DNA of 64,000 nucleotides from Phoronis australis (lineage: Eukaryota; Animalia; Phoronida): positions 223,265-287,264 of the forward strand of contig NMRA01000027.1 of the NCBI GenBank assembly GCA_002633005.1, read 5' to 3'. Under the pieces are notes generated by a model. It searched no databases, was not told the DNA's origin, and saw only the letters and a list, made by a program, of their open reading frames with translations. The translations under genes and the position numbers were made by a program. Shown piece after piece: positions 12,269-25,900 of this stretch (the first letter of the stretch is position 1; every line of letters begins with the position of its first letter).

Positions 12269-14326
12269 TTAAATAAGTATATGTAAACAACAGTTTATTT
12301 AAAGTTGCATGCTGTACAAACCGGACATTAGCACCAGTGTAACTTTCCGATGATTTATTTTAACTATTGTAGCTTATGTCCGAAAATAACGAACAGAGAA
12401 CAACAGGAAGGAATTTTCCTTAAGGCCCAAGGCTACATAACTCACAAGAATTACATTCACATGAAAGTGAGAAAGGGGAATATTAATTTTTTTTGAAAAA
12501 ATATATCAAACTACTTAAACGGTCACAACTACATAAAGGCTCCAAAACCAAAGTGGTTGTGAGGTTAGTGATAACCATACACCTAGAGTGTATGGTTAAG
12601 CCTCATAGTTATTGACTTCGACTGTAGAAAATCAGAAACCACTAATTTAGGCAATGATGTATGTATTTCAATACGTAGCCTGTCTTACAATTCTTAAAAC
12701 ATGGCCTCAGCTATACATAACTTCTATGTAATTAGATATATGTTATAGATATCGTAATGGGCAAAACAAAAAGCGCACTACTGAATTTTTCGATTTCTTT
12801 GCATTTACAACATCATGTTAGAAACCGACTCACTGAGGTAAGGAAACTCAAGTATAGTGGCTTTAGGAAGGTGTTAGATTTTTTAATTGCAATTTAGCGG
12901 TAGCCAAGCCACATAATGTGTTATGATATAACATTTTCCAACAAGAAACATGAATGCTCCTTACAGTAGGCACTTACCACAACGCGTACACTTTTACGAC
13001 CACTAGAACATCTTTCGTTTGGGGTTTAGGGAAAATAAAGGGTGTGCAGTATTACCGCTGTGCGTTAGTGGACCGTACGCTCGAAAGAACATAGTTTGTC
13101 GCGAAGGAAATAGGCACGTATTTTGCCACATTTCCATATTTTTGTCCCGTGCCAGAAATGCAGAAGCAAAATCCAGTGCAATTTCGAAATGGTGCTTTTT
13201 CGGCCCTAGCTTGTTTCAAAGGATACCAAACTCGGTTTCAGTTAGCCTACACAGATCCAGTGAACTTTCACACCCAGTTTCCTCTGAAACAAAATAATGC
13301 TTTGTAACCATCGACAACCCTCAAAAGTTAGGATGAAAATTTGAAAACCCCTTTCAATGTCTGCTAAATGGGCAAGTGTAACCTAAGCTTTTCAGAGTGA
13401 ATTGACACGGCAATTGTTGGAAAAGCCACCCACCAATTAACCTATCGCAAGCTCCGCCCCGTTGGGTAATGCCGACTAACAAACAATAACTTTTACCCGG
13501 CAACGTGCTGCTTGTCGGGTAAAATGGCGTCTTGGAAACGAAGGTGTGTCAAATTTGTAGATAGGAAAATAGCCGAGGTGCTCTAGATGTTCCTTGGGTA
13601 AATTTGTAGCTACGAAAATACCCGAGAGGTGTCCCAAATGGGCCCTAAGCTTTAGTTTTATGCATAATCTAGTACTAGAAGAATCTCCACCCATTTAGAA
13701 AGTGGCTAAAAACATTGGTTTATACTCAAACTAACAAAGGTTTGTTGTCCAAGGTTTGGAGTTCAATGAAAATGTAGCCTAATGCTCCAAATGCACAATC
13801 TTTTTATTAAACCGTTCATGCTACCAACTTAATCCTTTCGCAGTAATTCTTCGACAGCTGTCTTTTTCACCAATTTAGCTTGAAAAAAGTCGGCTCAGAG
13901 ATTCCTTTTGTCAAAAAATGAGTGTCTGGATACAAATAAAAATACAGATATCGTATTAAAACCCTTTCTGCAGTAGGAAAAAGGTACCTGTTGTATTCAT
14001 GGGGAAAAGTTTACTTTGGTAGGCACCATTTTGTAAAGAAATTGTATGAGAAAAATCACCCAGCTGAGTGTCATGTCCTGTATAAACCTGTGAGAGTATC
14101 CCCTTGGAACGGTTTTAGGAGGGTACTCTGAAAGCAAAGGGTGGTGAAATGAGCCCTATCCCTATCCCTAATAATGTAGGTTGAACACAATTGTTGATTT
14201 CAGAATGTTCTTATCAGATGGTGTCTTCTGGCCTCCAGATTCCCTTCGAATTAAATAATCCTTTAAGCTGCTATGAATCTGTCTTCTGTGAAAAAACAAA
14301 TTATCCGAACAACTTACCACTATACA

Positions 14327-14543
14327 CAGGGATCGGAATGACTATTGACAAAAACAGGAAAATTTTCCAGGTGATGTGTTGTTTCACAAACAAATAGGCT
14401 TGTGTGATAGAAATATTTTTTGTGTTGTAAAATTTAACTGAAAAAATGTTTTTGTATGAATCAAATCAAAATAATGATAAAAAAGAAGAAGCTGGAAACC
14501 AAAACAGGAAATCCTTTTAAAACTAGGAAAATTCCAAGCCCTG
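14327..14543. mobile_element. hAT-like MITE (CAGGG termini), short copy
   Basis: CAGGGATCGGAATGAC ... ATTCCAAGCCCTG, flanked by TATACA/TATATA. The interior is homologous to 39818-40065. Confidence 0.7.
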
Positions 14544-15615
14544 TATATATCCCTGTGTCAACTTGTTCCTTAGTGGACTTGGAAGAACTCAAACTTAGTT
14601 ATTGCTCAAAGCCATGGTTAGTGCACTTTGACTCGCCTGGTCAAGCCAGGTTATCGAAAAGCAAACTTGGTTGTTTTTATTCATCTGAATACAGCTATCG
14701 TATTTGTTTTTTAACGAAAACTGTTGGTTAACTGAATGCATTTTGAAAATTCGGCAGTATGTACAGGCAGAGGCCGGGTGTTTACTACAGTTTATGGTCG
14801 GGTAATTACATTTAATTGGGTCTTGCTCGCACCGGACAATGCGGTCACCGCAACTGAGTCCTACTCTTGTGCCGCGCTCTCTTTGATCCCGGTAAAAGCC
14901 GCTCAGAAGGACGAGCGGTGAAATGTCACGCCATTATGCAATGCGTGACTTTCGCGAAAGCAAATGAATAGATTTCTCGATATGGTTAGTTTTGGATATA
15001 GAATCACCGAGATATATATATTCGGTATGTAAAATCACCACCAATGATCAATTTCCAAAAAAGGGTATGAATAAGGGAATTTACGATATCAACAAAATAT
15101 GTACTGTTCGGAGATTCACAAGTACCCTCGCACACAGAAAGCAAAATACTAACCTTTTCATTACGCCTAGTATTACAAGATTACAATGAGCCAGCGACAG
15201 ATTTTTTCTTTTTTTTTGTTTTTTCAGTAAAAGGTCCACATTCTCAGAAATTCGAGTCCCCCCATTCGCCGCCGGGCAGGCGGGGCCCGCCGTGCACGCC
15301 GGAGTATTAGTTTTCACTTGATTCATGCCTATATGTTTCAAGATTGGCTCCAATTATGCATTAGAAGGTGACAGAACGAGGATTGGTTGAAATCATCGAA
15401 ACAGGGTTTAGTGTACGAAAGAGTCCTCGCGATGCTTCATTCTTGGCTTCTTGGCTTTCGGACTGCCCTGTACGAAATGGCGAACCCGCCCTTTCCTTTT
15501 GTGAACCCGAATTAGTGTTCATTGTCTGCACCAGGTGTCTCTGTTGGGATCATAGCCATTTTGTACTTTATTGCGTGACCGGCGTGTTTTGCCGAAATTC
15601 CTACGTTTTCTACAG

Positions 15616-18486
15616 ATGGTTATGCAGTCCAAAACAGCTCTAGTTGTTGCTGCGGCAACAGCGGGAGTAGCTTTCTTAGGTTACTGTGTTTACTTTGATA
15701 GAAAGAGACGAAGTGATCCTGATTTCCGGAAAAAGCTGATAGAACGCCGTAAGCCAGTTGGCAATTGATTGTGACTTCTTGTGTTCGAGTTAGAAGTATA
15801 CAAACTGCCTCCGAAACTATTCATCCTCATTCGAAAGGTACTCATAGCAACGTGATTTTGATAGTTTAGCCAGGGTTAACTGTAATTTTGGCACTGGTCG
15901 GATATAGCGGTCCCTGATTTTGAGAAACATTTCATCCACTTAATAACGGGCCCGTTATTCAGTGATTGCCTGGTTCTCTACATCAGGGACCGCTATATCC
16001 GACCAGTACCGTAATTTCCAGAAAATCTTACGGCGTATTAATTAAGATGTGCTGTCGTCTGTGTTGGTAGACGGCTTCACTTTAAGATTCATCCTGAAAC
16101 CCGTACGCTAGAAAGATTTTCTGCAACTTACACTTATCCCTTTCGAAACTATCAAAGTCATGTTACTATGTGTACTGTTGAAGTGTAGACGGACAAGTTT
16201 GGAAGCAGTTGGAGTCTTAAAATCCTTCCAGCTCCAACACTTTCTCTTGTACGCAACGTGTAGCTCCTCGGTTGGCCGGTTAGGGGCTACAATACTTCCC
16301 ATCGCTTTCTGTACGAATTTCGTTCTGTGTATCTTAAACAGGCGTTAGGCGAAATTCACTCACTGGTTAAGAGTTTTCACCTTGTCAAAAATACATACCA
16401 CACTTAAACTATCACTTAAAATGCGCTTACTTTCTTCAGTGGTTCTTTTTACTTTTACACATATCTTCGATGAAGCATAGCTACTAGAATTAAGGTGATT
16501 TTGGGGAACTTGAGATTTCCAACTCCACTTTTTGGTCACCGTTAACTTTTTCACTGCGCGCGCGGCAACCACAAAGTATTTCAACTGAGTCACGTGAGTT
16601 CGGCAAAGCCTATCGTGAGACTGAGTGAAGCGCGTGACACTAGCCCGTGAAACTTGCATAATAGCATGGGAAGATATCATGTGAAACTTGTAAAATTTGT
16701 ATCCCTTACACTTTTTATTCATCAGCATGCATGATTTCACGTAACTTCCTCAAAATGGCACCCGGTAAGAGAAACTAGCAAACTGCGACAGATTTTCATG
16801 GATATGTTCAAATTATACTGACTAAATTGTAGCCAGAGTCATGGTATGTGTTAATTGCAACTCCATGTTCTTACAGTATGTGTATGGTTCATTCGATTTT
16901 ATTTGCTGTATTTTGAAATGTGTAACTTTTTATGGGATATACTATCGCCCCTGTATGCCTGTGGCATTTAGGGCGATGTAATTGCCTAATTCTCTTGTAA
17001 TTGTAGTAATTGCCGAGTTGACCCAACCCAGCGACCCCGATAAAACCGCCAACTTGCTAACCATTCTGCTAATAGGCAAATACCTGTTAGCAAGTAGCTA
17101 ACAGAGGCTCGTATGATTCACCATAAGCACGTCTGCAACACAATCAATATTTTTTCCGAGTAACCCCTCATTCTTGCAACGAAATTGATGATTTTTTAAA
17201 CTCTCATTACACTGTGGTTGTGTTTGAGGTCAAACTGAAATGAACAGAGAGTTATGGGGAGGTCACCTATCTGCCAGTCATGTTGAGATGAGACAGCACA
17301 GACTACAAACATGCTCAACTCAAGATTTCTAAACATGAACATGGTTCAGAACTATTCAAACATCACATATCACCTTTGAATACCTGTAGGGCGGACACTG
17401 TATTGATGCACTGTCCAGTTATAGCTGCATTTTGCCCTGTTCATCGGACAATAAATGAAAATCGAATGGAGCCTAGTCTCGTAAAATACCTACTGTAAAA
17501 GGCTCCCATTTTCATTTCGGAACATTGAAGCCATCAGCGACTCAAAAACTCTTCAAAGTTTATTCGGGTTGGTCAACATTAAAATAACAAATCTGACAAT
17601 GGTATTTAGGAACATCGAAATCATCTGTGTCTCAAAAACGTGGTCCAACCCACTTTAAAGTCATTTGTGTTATTGTGTAGCGACAGACTTACTTCCAGTT
17701 GTCTGTATGACCCTTGGATTATTAGCTGCACTAGCCTGTTCTGGTGATATTTTTTGGATATTTTAGTGGCTGAACCCTTTCATTCTTGCAGTGATAGCAC
17801 ACTTCGTTTCTTTTTTCAGGAAAGAACAGAAACAAGTCCAAACTGACTTCTTCTGGTGCTAATGTCCAGGTCTGTACACAATTCTAGTGCTAATGTCCAG
17901 GTCTGTACACTATTCTAGTGCTAATGTCCAGGTCTGTACACTATTCTAGTGCAAGTGATTTCTTTGCTAGTGCTGAATACTGAAAATTGTATAGAAATAT
18001 GTCAGTAATGTCATTATACATAACGTTAACTAGATGCAAAAAATATAAGTCCAACCTTCTGGAACTTTCTGTGAAATAATTTTGCCAATGTTGTGGTGCC
18101 ACCTGACTCCTTGTACAAGGGATTGATGACCGACTGGTTCCAGCTAAAATTTCTTCATCCTCTGTCTGTGTTCATGGATGACTGCTAGGCCCTGAATCAG
18201 GAGTTGGACAACTCAGAGAGACTGCCTGGGTTTAATAGACACGGGAAGGGTCAGATTTTCGTTGTTTGACTCAGTCTTGGGCCTTGCAGTTGTTCATGAA
18301 TACCAGCAGAAAGCAGCGAAATTTTCGCATGAATCAGTGATTAATCTTGAGTAGAAAGAGCCAGAAAGAGCCAGACGTCTCTGCAATGTCGGGAAAATTA
18401 TTTTGCTTTTTTTGAACATGGTTGACATTTTATTTCTTAATACACTAATATTTACAAACAATAAGATCTTTGAAAATGAAACACAG

Positions 18487-18537
<51 letters not shown>

Positions 18538-21500
18538 CATCTAAATAATAGAAATTCACGGTTGGTCTAAAATAAATAGGCATTGATGGTTTCCCAAAAG
18601 GCAGTTTTGCGAGGTTGTATATTCCTTACTTTACAATAATTATACAAGAAACATTGAAATTGTGAATATCTAGGAATAATCTGGTTTCTAGAACATTTAT
18701 GGATGAAATACTGGTAAATAGTTAATATGGTATTGATATCTTCAAAATTACATCCAAAATATGCTGTCAAAATAACATTTCTGTCTAAGATTAAATGGTG
18801 TTGTGCAGTTACGTAAATTAAACGTTTCTGAATTTCACACCACAAAGTTTTCACAGAACCACATTCCACAAACATATGGTTAAAAGTCTCAACAGGTCCA
18901 CAAGATGCACACTTGTCATCACTGACTAAGTTCATCTTTTTCAAAATAAGTTTTGTAAACACTTTTCTATGAATATAGAAGTACTTAAAGGTTTTAACAT
19001 AAGGAGGTAGCAAGAGTTTGTGTGGAAGAACATAAATTTATTTATTATTTTGCATTAAGTTCCCTCTATCTTTGTGATGGATTTTTATAAAATTTGGCAA
19101 ATAGATTCACATTAGGAAGTCGGATAGGTTTGACATATTCTGCCCCATTTCAAAAAATTACGAGTCTTCCTGTGTCTGCCAAACTGCTTGAAGGATGATG
19201 AAGATTGGTGAATGTGTTCCTGATGGAAACACTGTGGCTGAGGTTGATTTTCAGATGGGTTATGTGCTGTAGCGCCTCCTAGAGGTATTTTTTGCATCCA
19301 TTGCTATATCCTAAATCGCGTGCAGGATTTCATTGAGATTTGACTGATGTGTCCTTATGACGCTGACGGCAGATGACAATGAATTTCAGACAAAAGGCAT
19401 TATCTTATCTTTAGTAGAAACCTATATGTAGGTTTTTATTGAAAAGACGACAATGTCGTTTTCCATTTTGTGATGGATTCAACATAGTCCACGCCATCTA
19501 CTAATCAGTAAAGTTATTTTTTAATCCATTTTTGGCCTCTTTAACTGGCAAACCATACGTGTGTTTCTGATGAAAAGGCAACAGCTGACATCTAATTTTG
19601 GACGTGTCTGACAACTGAAATATCTTTGCGGGGATTTGATCTTTTTTGTGTCCACCACTGTATCTTCGTAATCCTTTGCATCATCTTTGTGAAATTTGGC
19701 AGCCAAGTGCTGCCCACTACTTTTGGACATCTTTGAGTACCGCTGTGCCCCTAATGGCAGTTTTTGTTCTTACTTTTGCCTCTTAAACTACTGCTTTTCA
19801 TGAAATTTTATAGACAAATTAGTATTTTATTGATGAAGGTATCTTTCCATGGTGGGACTTGATAAACATATTCTGTGCCTGGTAGTCACCATTTTTAATA
19901 TTTTTAGTCTGTTTTTTGTCGTCTGCCTCTGTCCGCCAGAACGCGCCGCAGAGGATCATTATGAAGACTGGCAATTGTGTTCCCACTGACAGGAGCATGA
20001 CCGACATTACTTTTCAGATAGTTCTGGTTAATGTAGAAGTGGTTGTGACCTTACTGGCTTTTTTGCTTCTGCAGCTGTATCCTCTAAACTCTTTGCTATT
20101 AGTGTCTTCAACGCTTCTGTAAGTAGGGAATTGCTGTTAACGCCTCTCTCAAGAGAATTGGCAGGTGGAGAGAAACGCTGCCCACATTTTACTTCTGGAC
20201 CCATCTTGTGTCAAAATTGATAGAGCTAATATTTTTTTCTCTCAGTAGGGGCTTTGATACTTATTGTATTACACAGTACACGCGCAAAGTTAGCAAAAAA
20301 ATGACCCGTGACTCCCATCATGATATCTCATTGTATTTATGCAATACACTTCAAAAGTAATCGGACAAGGTGACCCTTATCGCTCATCAAGATAGCTGAG
20401 CCCAAGCCATAATGATGAGTCATGGCGAGTCGTCCATCATTTTGCTATAAGCGGAATTAGTCATCATGACAAGGAGACAATATTTGTCCAGTTACATTTT
20501 GTGTGTACTGTGGCGTGTGACACGAATCAGATTGTTGGTGAAATGACCAGAATGAGATTGTGTATGCTTACAACATGAACTGTCCTAAACAAGACATTCA
20601 TTATATTGATTACAGTTCCCCGATATGTCTGACCATGACGCTGTGCAGAGATTCTTCCTACAGCAAGTGACTAAAGGCGAGGAGTGCCTGGCCTGTGGCC
20701 AGATTGAGGAGGGCGTGGAACACCTGAGTAGTGCCGTGGCTGTCTGTGGTCAGCCACAACAGCTGGTTCAGGTGTTAAAACAGACGCTACCCGCGCAGGT
20801 GTTTCAAATGCTTATAAATCGGCTGACTTCCCAACAGCATGTGAGTAGACTACGACTGGATTGTTAATATGTGTAGAAAACTGGGGATGAATCATCACAG
20901 ATGACTGAAAGTCCCCTAATGTTGCTGCTGTAACATTTCCAGAGTGTTAACAGTAACTAAATAATATTGTGAATTGAATTTGAATTTGATTTGAACGGTA
21001 CAAAGATTCTTTAGTTAAAACAATACTGGGATAGTGTCGTTGGAATTTGTCGTTGGAATTTGTCATTTTCACTAGGAGTATCTCTTCAGCCCCCAGCCTC
21101 GTCCCCAAGCCTCAAGATGGTGCTGATCAGTTATAGCCATTTGAGGCTTGGTTATGAGAAATGAAATGTGTCAGAAATCTGACACATTTGTACAGAAATC
21201 ACCGGAATATCACAAGTAATAAAAAGTTATATGAACTTAAAATTTTTTTGTAGTATAATCATGGTATATTGCACCAATTTAGGTCTAAATTATTGCTAAA
21301 ACGATTTACTTTGATTCGAAAACAGATTAATATCTATGATATATCAATAAAAAAGGATTGAAATTAAGTAGGCCTATGCTAGCAAACTTTATTTCAAACA
21401 ATAACCAAAACAATGCCTTCTACTTCATGAATGGCAGCAACAACTCCTGTGAAAGTAATTAGAATCTGCTTTTGTTTTAATGACATCATTGCGCTGAAAG

Positions 21501-22173
21501 TAATTCCCATAATGCCTAAACCAATCAGTGCCATCGTGAAGCTTGGAGAGGAGGCTATTCAACCCCTTGAAGGATCTTCGTGAAACCTGTTTTGAACTGT
21601 GACTGTGATGGATCCAACTATCGCTGTGGCAATTGTGTTTTTTACGTTTACCTTCATCGTAAAGACCCTTGACAGTCTCATGAAATGTGACAACTTGGTT
21701 TATATTAAGATGATGATCTACTTCCATTTTAAATGGATTGAACATATTCTGCGCCACCTAGTGGCCATTTTTATTTACGAATCTGTTTTGGCGTCTACCT
21801 CTCTATCTGCCAAACCGCTATTAGGGAGACGAGTGCTCCGAATTTTCAGACAGGTTGGACATATTCAGTGCCTTGTAGGCACCATTTTTAATTGTAATAA
21901 ACACACCCCTAGAAGCATACCATTTGCGTTGCAGTCGTAGGTGCATTTCAAGGCTTTGTATTGCTCATTTTCTATGGTCAATTGCTGGTGGGGAAACAAA
22001 AAAGTGATTTAAATTTATGCCTAATTTTGGTGCAATGAATATCTTGGCAATGATTGCTTGTCTCATATTTTCCTTTGCAGCGGATGACCACTATACCAAT
22101 ACCCACAGTCTCTAGCACTATTCCAGGGACTACAGACAGCGGTCCAGAGATTTCTGAACTGGACGTGGAATGA
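15616..22173 (+). CDS. TOMM20: Mitochondrial import receptor TOM20, 166 aa, 4 coding exons
   Basis: Exons 15616-15748, 17820-17869, 20616-20840, 22081-22173 (501 nt; all GT-AG; phases 1,0,0). Motifs FLGYCVYFDRKRRSDPDF, DHDAVQRFFLQQV, AVAVCGQPQQLVQVLKQTLP and C-terminal DVE*. Confidence 0.96.
15890..16010. mobile_element. 121-bp fold-back MITE (GG..CC ends, 8-bp TSD, Merlin-like)
   Basis: Perfect 26-bp inverted repeat ACTGGTCGGATATAGCGGTCCCTGAT (15893-15918 / 15982-16007). Central palindrome AATAACGGGCCCGTTATT. Flanks GTAATTTT / GTAATTTC. Confidence 0.75.
16086..16333. mobile_element. Degenerate TTAA-flanked MITE (Kolobok-like)
   Basis: TTAA|GATTCA..GAAACCCGTAC versus GTACGAATTTC..TGTATC|TTAA, an imperfect inverted pair. 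Confidence 0.5.
17854..17952. repeat. 31-bp tandem repeat (~3.2 copies) spanning the TOMM20 exon 2 splice donor
   Basis: Unit TAGTGCTAATGTCCAGGTCTGTACACTATTC. CAG|GT occurs at 17870, 17901 and 17932. Confidence 0.9.
18481..18539. repeat. (GCAC)n/(AC)n microsatellite
   Basis: Directly visible. Confidence 0.95.
18567..19060 (-). mobile_element. L1/Tx1-clade LINE 3' fragment (ORF2 C-terminal CCHC zinc knuckle)
   Basis: ORF 19013-18567 contains CASCGPVETFNHMFVEC..VKTLW and YFIHKC, typical of the L1/Tx1 ORF2 C-terminus. It is 5'-truncated and lies in TOMM20 intron 2. Confidence 0.8.
21268..22036. mobile_element. Putative MITE in TOMM20 intron 3
   Basis: Imperfect ~25-bp inverted termini ATTGCACCAATTTAGGTCTAAATT / AAATTTATGCCTAATTTTGGTGCAAT. 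Confidence 0.55.
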
Positions 22174-22935
22174 GAATCAATTAAGGACTATTGTGAAATA
22201 GAAACCAGGGGACCGTGTACGTGTGAAGAAACAAAATTGGCTTACAGATATTACGAGAATAGTGGAAGAATGTGTTGTGTATTTATAATACATGGGAAGT
22301 AAATTTTACATGAAACTATGCTTGATGTAATGCTTTGTAATAAGAGGTTATAGAACAGTTAAATGCAGTGTGGCCTTCATTCCTCAGTGATATTGAGTAA
22401 GTCAAGTCTGATGTAATTTTCTGGAGTCAACAAAATTATAATTGCTGGTAAGAAGAACACAGACAGTACAGTGAGATGCTATTCACGCTTGCTTAAAAAT
22501 TGCAGTTTTGCTGTCTTCAACAAATTAAACATAAAAATACACGAACAATTCAAAAGTAAAACGCTGGTGGGGGCCATTTCAGTTGCCATTTTCGTGAGTG
22601 TGCAAAACTTATTTTTCCTTCCCTCTAACAAAGTGTACAAAAATCCTGCCGTCTACCTGTCATTCAACAAAACAACCAATCGCTGACTTACATTCAGGAT
22701 TATATTTACACAGTCATTTTTGTAAAAAACAATTACAGCTTTCAGCCATAATTAAACAAATAAACAAACACGATTGATATATTTTGCGGGGTGAGAAACT
22801 ATGTCATCCATGAAAATGACTAATAAGTATACTGTAGAATCTTGGAAAAGTACACGTTATGAAAATAATTTAAACATGATCGTGTTTCTTTATGATACAA
22901 AACTATTTACAAAATCAGTCTTTACACGTGGTACA

Positions 22936-25900
22936 TTAATCCTCTGCCTCTTCTCGGATCACTGGTTCTCCATCCAGCTTCTTCAGCTTCACCAATCTCT
23001 TGCAAGCTTCTGCCCTGTACAATTCTTTGTCTTCTGCATTCTCCTCCAGGGGATTGCCTACAAGGGAAGGGGTTAATGAATGAGCACAGTTCAGGGCTTG
23101 GAATTTTCCGCGGAAACGCGGATTTCCGCTTTTTTCAAATGTTCTGTCCGCGCATTTTATTATATTTCCGCGTAAAAAAGATCGGATTTGATATAAAATT
23201 TCCGCGGAAAATTCCTTTCTTACCGCGGTTTTGCCGACGACGTTCACCTCGAAAAGCGGAAGTTGCTCTTTATGTTTCGGAGGTACGTAAATTGTCAATA
23301 TTGCCGGGGCATCTGGGATAGCGTGGTGGGATTTTCAATGGCGTCTCGTGTGATTGTAAACCGCGGTGACAAATACTACGGCTCTGCAGCCAAAAATGTG
23401 TGGGGGTGGGAGTGGATGGACGAGATAAAAAGACGCAGACGCATGCTACTGGTGGTGGTAACGTTTTTTTTCTTTTTTTTTAGTCCTACCGATTTTTGTC
23501 AGCGAAAGGTTCACATCGACTATTCAAGGCTTCGTAGCGCGCATGTTTTGGGCCGTAAAAGTTTCCGCGTTTCTTGTCAATGGTCATTCCAAGCCCTGAC
23601 AGTTATTACCCAACACAACTGAGCACTACCTATTCCCTGCCATAACGACTGAGTGCTAATTATTCTCTGTCGTCGCAGCTGTACACTATAGTTATTCCCC
23701 GTCATGACGTCTGGGCGCAAGTTATTTCCCACTGTCACAGCTCCGCGCTAGTTATTCCCTGCCGTGACAACTGAGTGCTGTTTATTCTCCACTTCTACAA
23801 CTGAGCCCTAGTTATTCCCTGCCGTCACAGCTGAGCGCAAGCGCAATGGTCTGTCCTGATGGAGTCCAAGCGAAATATAGACCACCATAGAAGCCATCCG
23901 TTGTGACGGAATTTACCAGAAACTTGCTTTTTACAATTCTAGGTAAGATACAACCTACAGTCAACAAACTTCACGATAACTAATAAAGGTACAGCATGCC
24001 TGAGCAAAGAAGTACTTCACAATTTCATCTCCGAGCATAAATGAATAAAAAGGTGGTTGTGCTTTACAAATATCCATAGGAATATTTTGCTACCTTCATC
24101 CAAAGATGCATCTTTCAAATGGGTTATTACTCATAATGATAATTTTGTGACTAAATTTTTGTAGGAAGGTCTGACATAGGCACAGTTCTTCGCTGCACTA
24201 GTGCACTAAACATGCTGCACTAGTCCATTAAGCGTGCTACACTAGCGCTATGAATCTGGCACTTGTGCATTAAAGATGCTCCACTAGTGCACTTAGCATG
24301 CTGCACTAGGGCACTGAGAATGCTGTACTGGTAAACTAAGCATGTTCTCTTCAGTGAATAGAAATACTTTAAAACACTATACACTATACACTATATAAAA
24401 ATGCTGCTAATTATATGGTAAATCTTTTACACAACTCACCAACAAAGTTCAATTCTTCCAACTTAGGCAAATCGGCAATTTTTTGGAATTCACTCCAGTC
24501 CTTAACCTGGTTATTTGCCATCAGTAATTTCTAGAACAAAATGTAAGCTATCAAATTATCATGTCTATGGCAGGCAAGACGGAGACTAGTTCACAATACA
24601 ACAGATTATACAAATTTGCTTCGAGTTTCTCTCATAACAGGTACAGTAGGTTTTCTGCTCCCTATGTAACATTTAGAGTGACTACAGAGGTTTTGTGCAA
24701 TAAATTTAGGTTAGATGAATTGTTCCAGGTATTGTGTTAGTCTGCATTTTGAATATGTGGGTGCATGCATGCTCTTGTAACCATGCCAACTAAGCGGTAG
24801 TACTGTGAGTTGTACTGGTAACATAATTTTGACAAGAAGCATTACATCGATTTCTACTCGTTTGATTCAGTCCATAGGTAAAAACTAGGTCATTAGTAAC
24901 CTGCGATTTTCTGCCTCTTCTAAGCAGAAGGGTTAAATTTGCGACGAGAATATTGAGGCAGTACCAATAATATGCTTACCCGTAAATTTTTGAGAACGTT
25001 GATGCCCTTGAGTTTCTCTATCATATTGTATGAAATCCACAGCTCTTGCAAGGTCTCACCAACTGCCTCCTAGTGGCAGAAGGAAGAATGAAAATAGTGA
25101 GTTGACTATTGTCTCATATATGACATAACACATTAAGAGATATAAAATGCGTCTATTCTAAAGTGATCAATATGGCCGACTCCCCACACTAGTACATGCC
25201 AACTGCAGACACCCGATGTTACACTACATGCAATACGTACAGTTGTGATGATACAACTACATCTTATAATAATACAGTAATACAAGCCAGTCACAGACAG
25301 TAATATCCTCTCCAGATGATTCATGAGAGTTGCACACAGAAAAACATTTCCCTATATGCACGCGTGAAAATCAAGAAAAGATCATAATTCAAGGAAGTCA
25401 GGTAAAGTTAGAAAGCTCCGACGATGTGCACTATGACGTTTGGAAGGTGTAGCTTTTTGAAAGATTGGTCAACATCCAATACGAAATGTAGCAGTTGAGC
25501 ACGGAGCATCTGTAGGCACAGACAGAATGACGTCTTAAAGTACTATAACCTTCCAAGGCGGATAATATGACACCCAAAAGATTGTTTTTTATGAGTAAGC
25601 CATTTAAACACCCCACAGCACAAAAATATACATCGGGACGACTGTTAAAAATTAAGTCCTTCGTCAAATTCAATTGCTTTTTAAAAATGTCCTTCAATAT
25701 CACATGTGAATTGTTGGTGGTGCTACGCCTTTGTCTAACAAAAACTATATCCAGGGATGCACCTTATGTCAATAAGTCACCACTGCATTCTTGGCAAATG
25801 ACCACACAATGATGCCAGACCAACTCTGAAGAAAATAAAGTGTACTCGTTCAGGAAGTTTAAACCTACCAATCCTGTTAAACTCTTGATATTGTTTCTAC

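Larger units (their letters stand above)
11401..15168. repeat. Pair of diverged ~180-bp direct repeats (11401-11588 and 14994-15168)
   Basis: Shared colinear blocks GATATATATTCGGTATGT, TGAATAAnGGAATTTACGATAnCAAC, CGCACACAGAnAGCAAAAT and CCTTTTCATTACGCCT. Confidence 0.75.
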
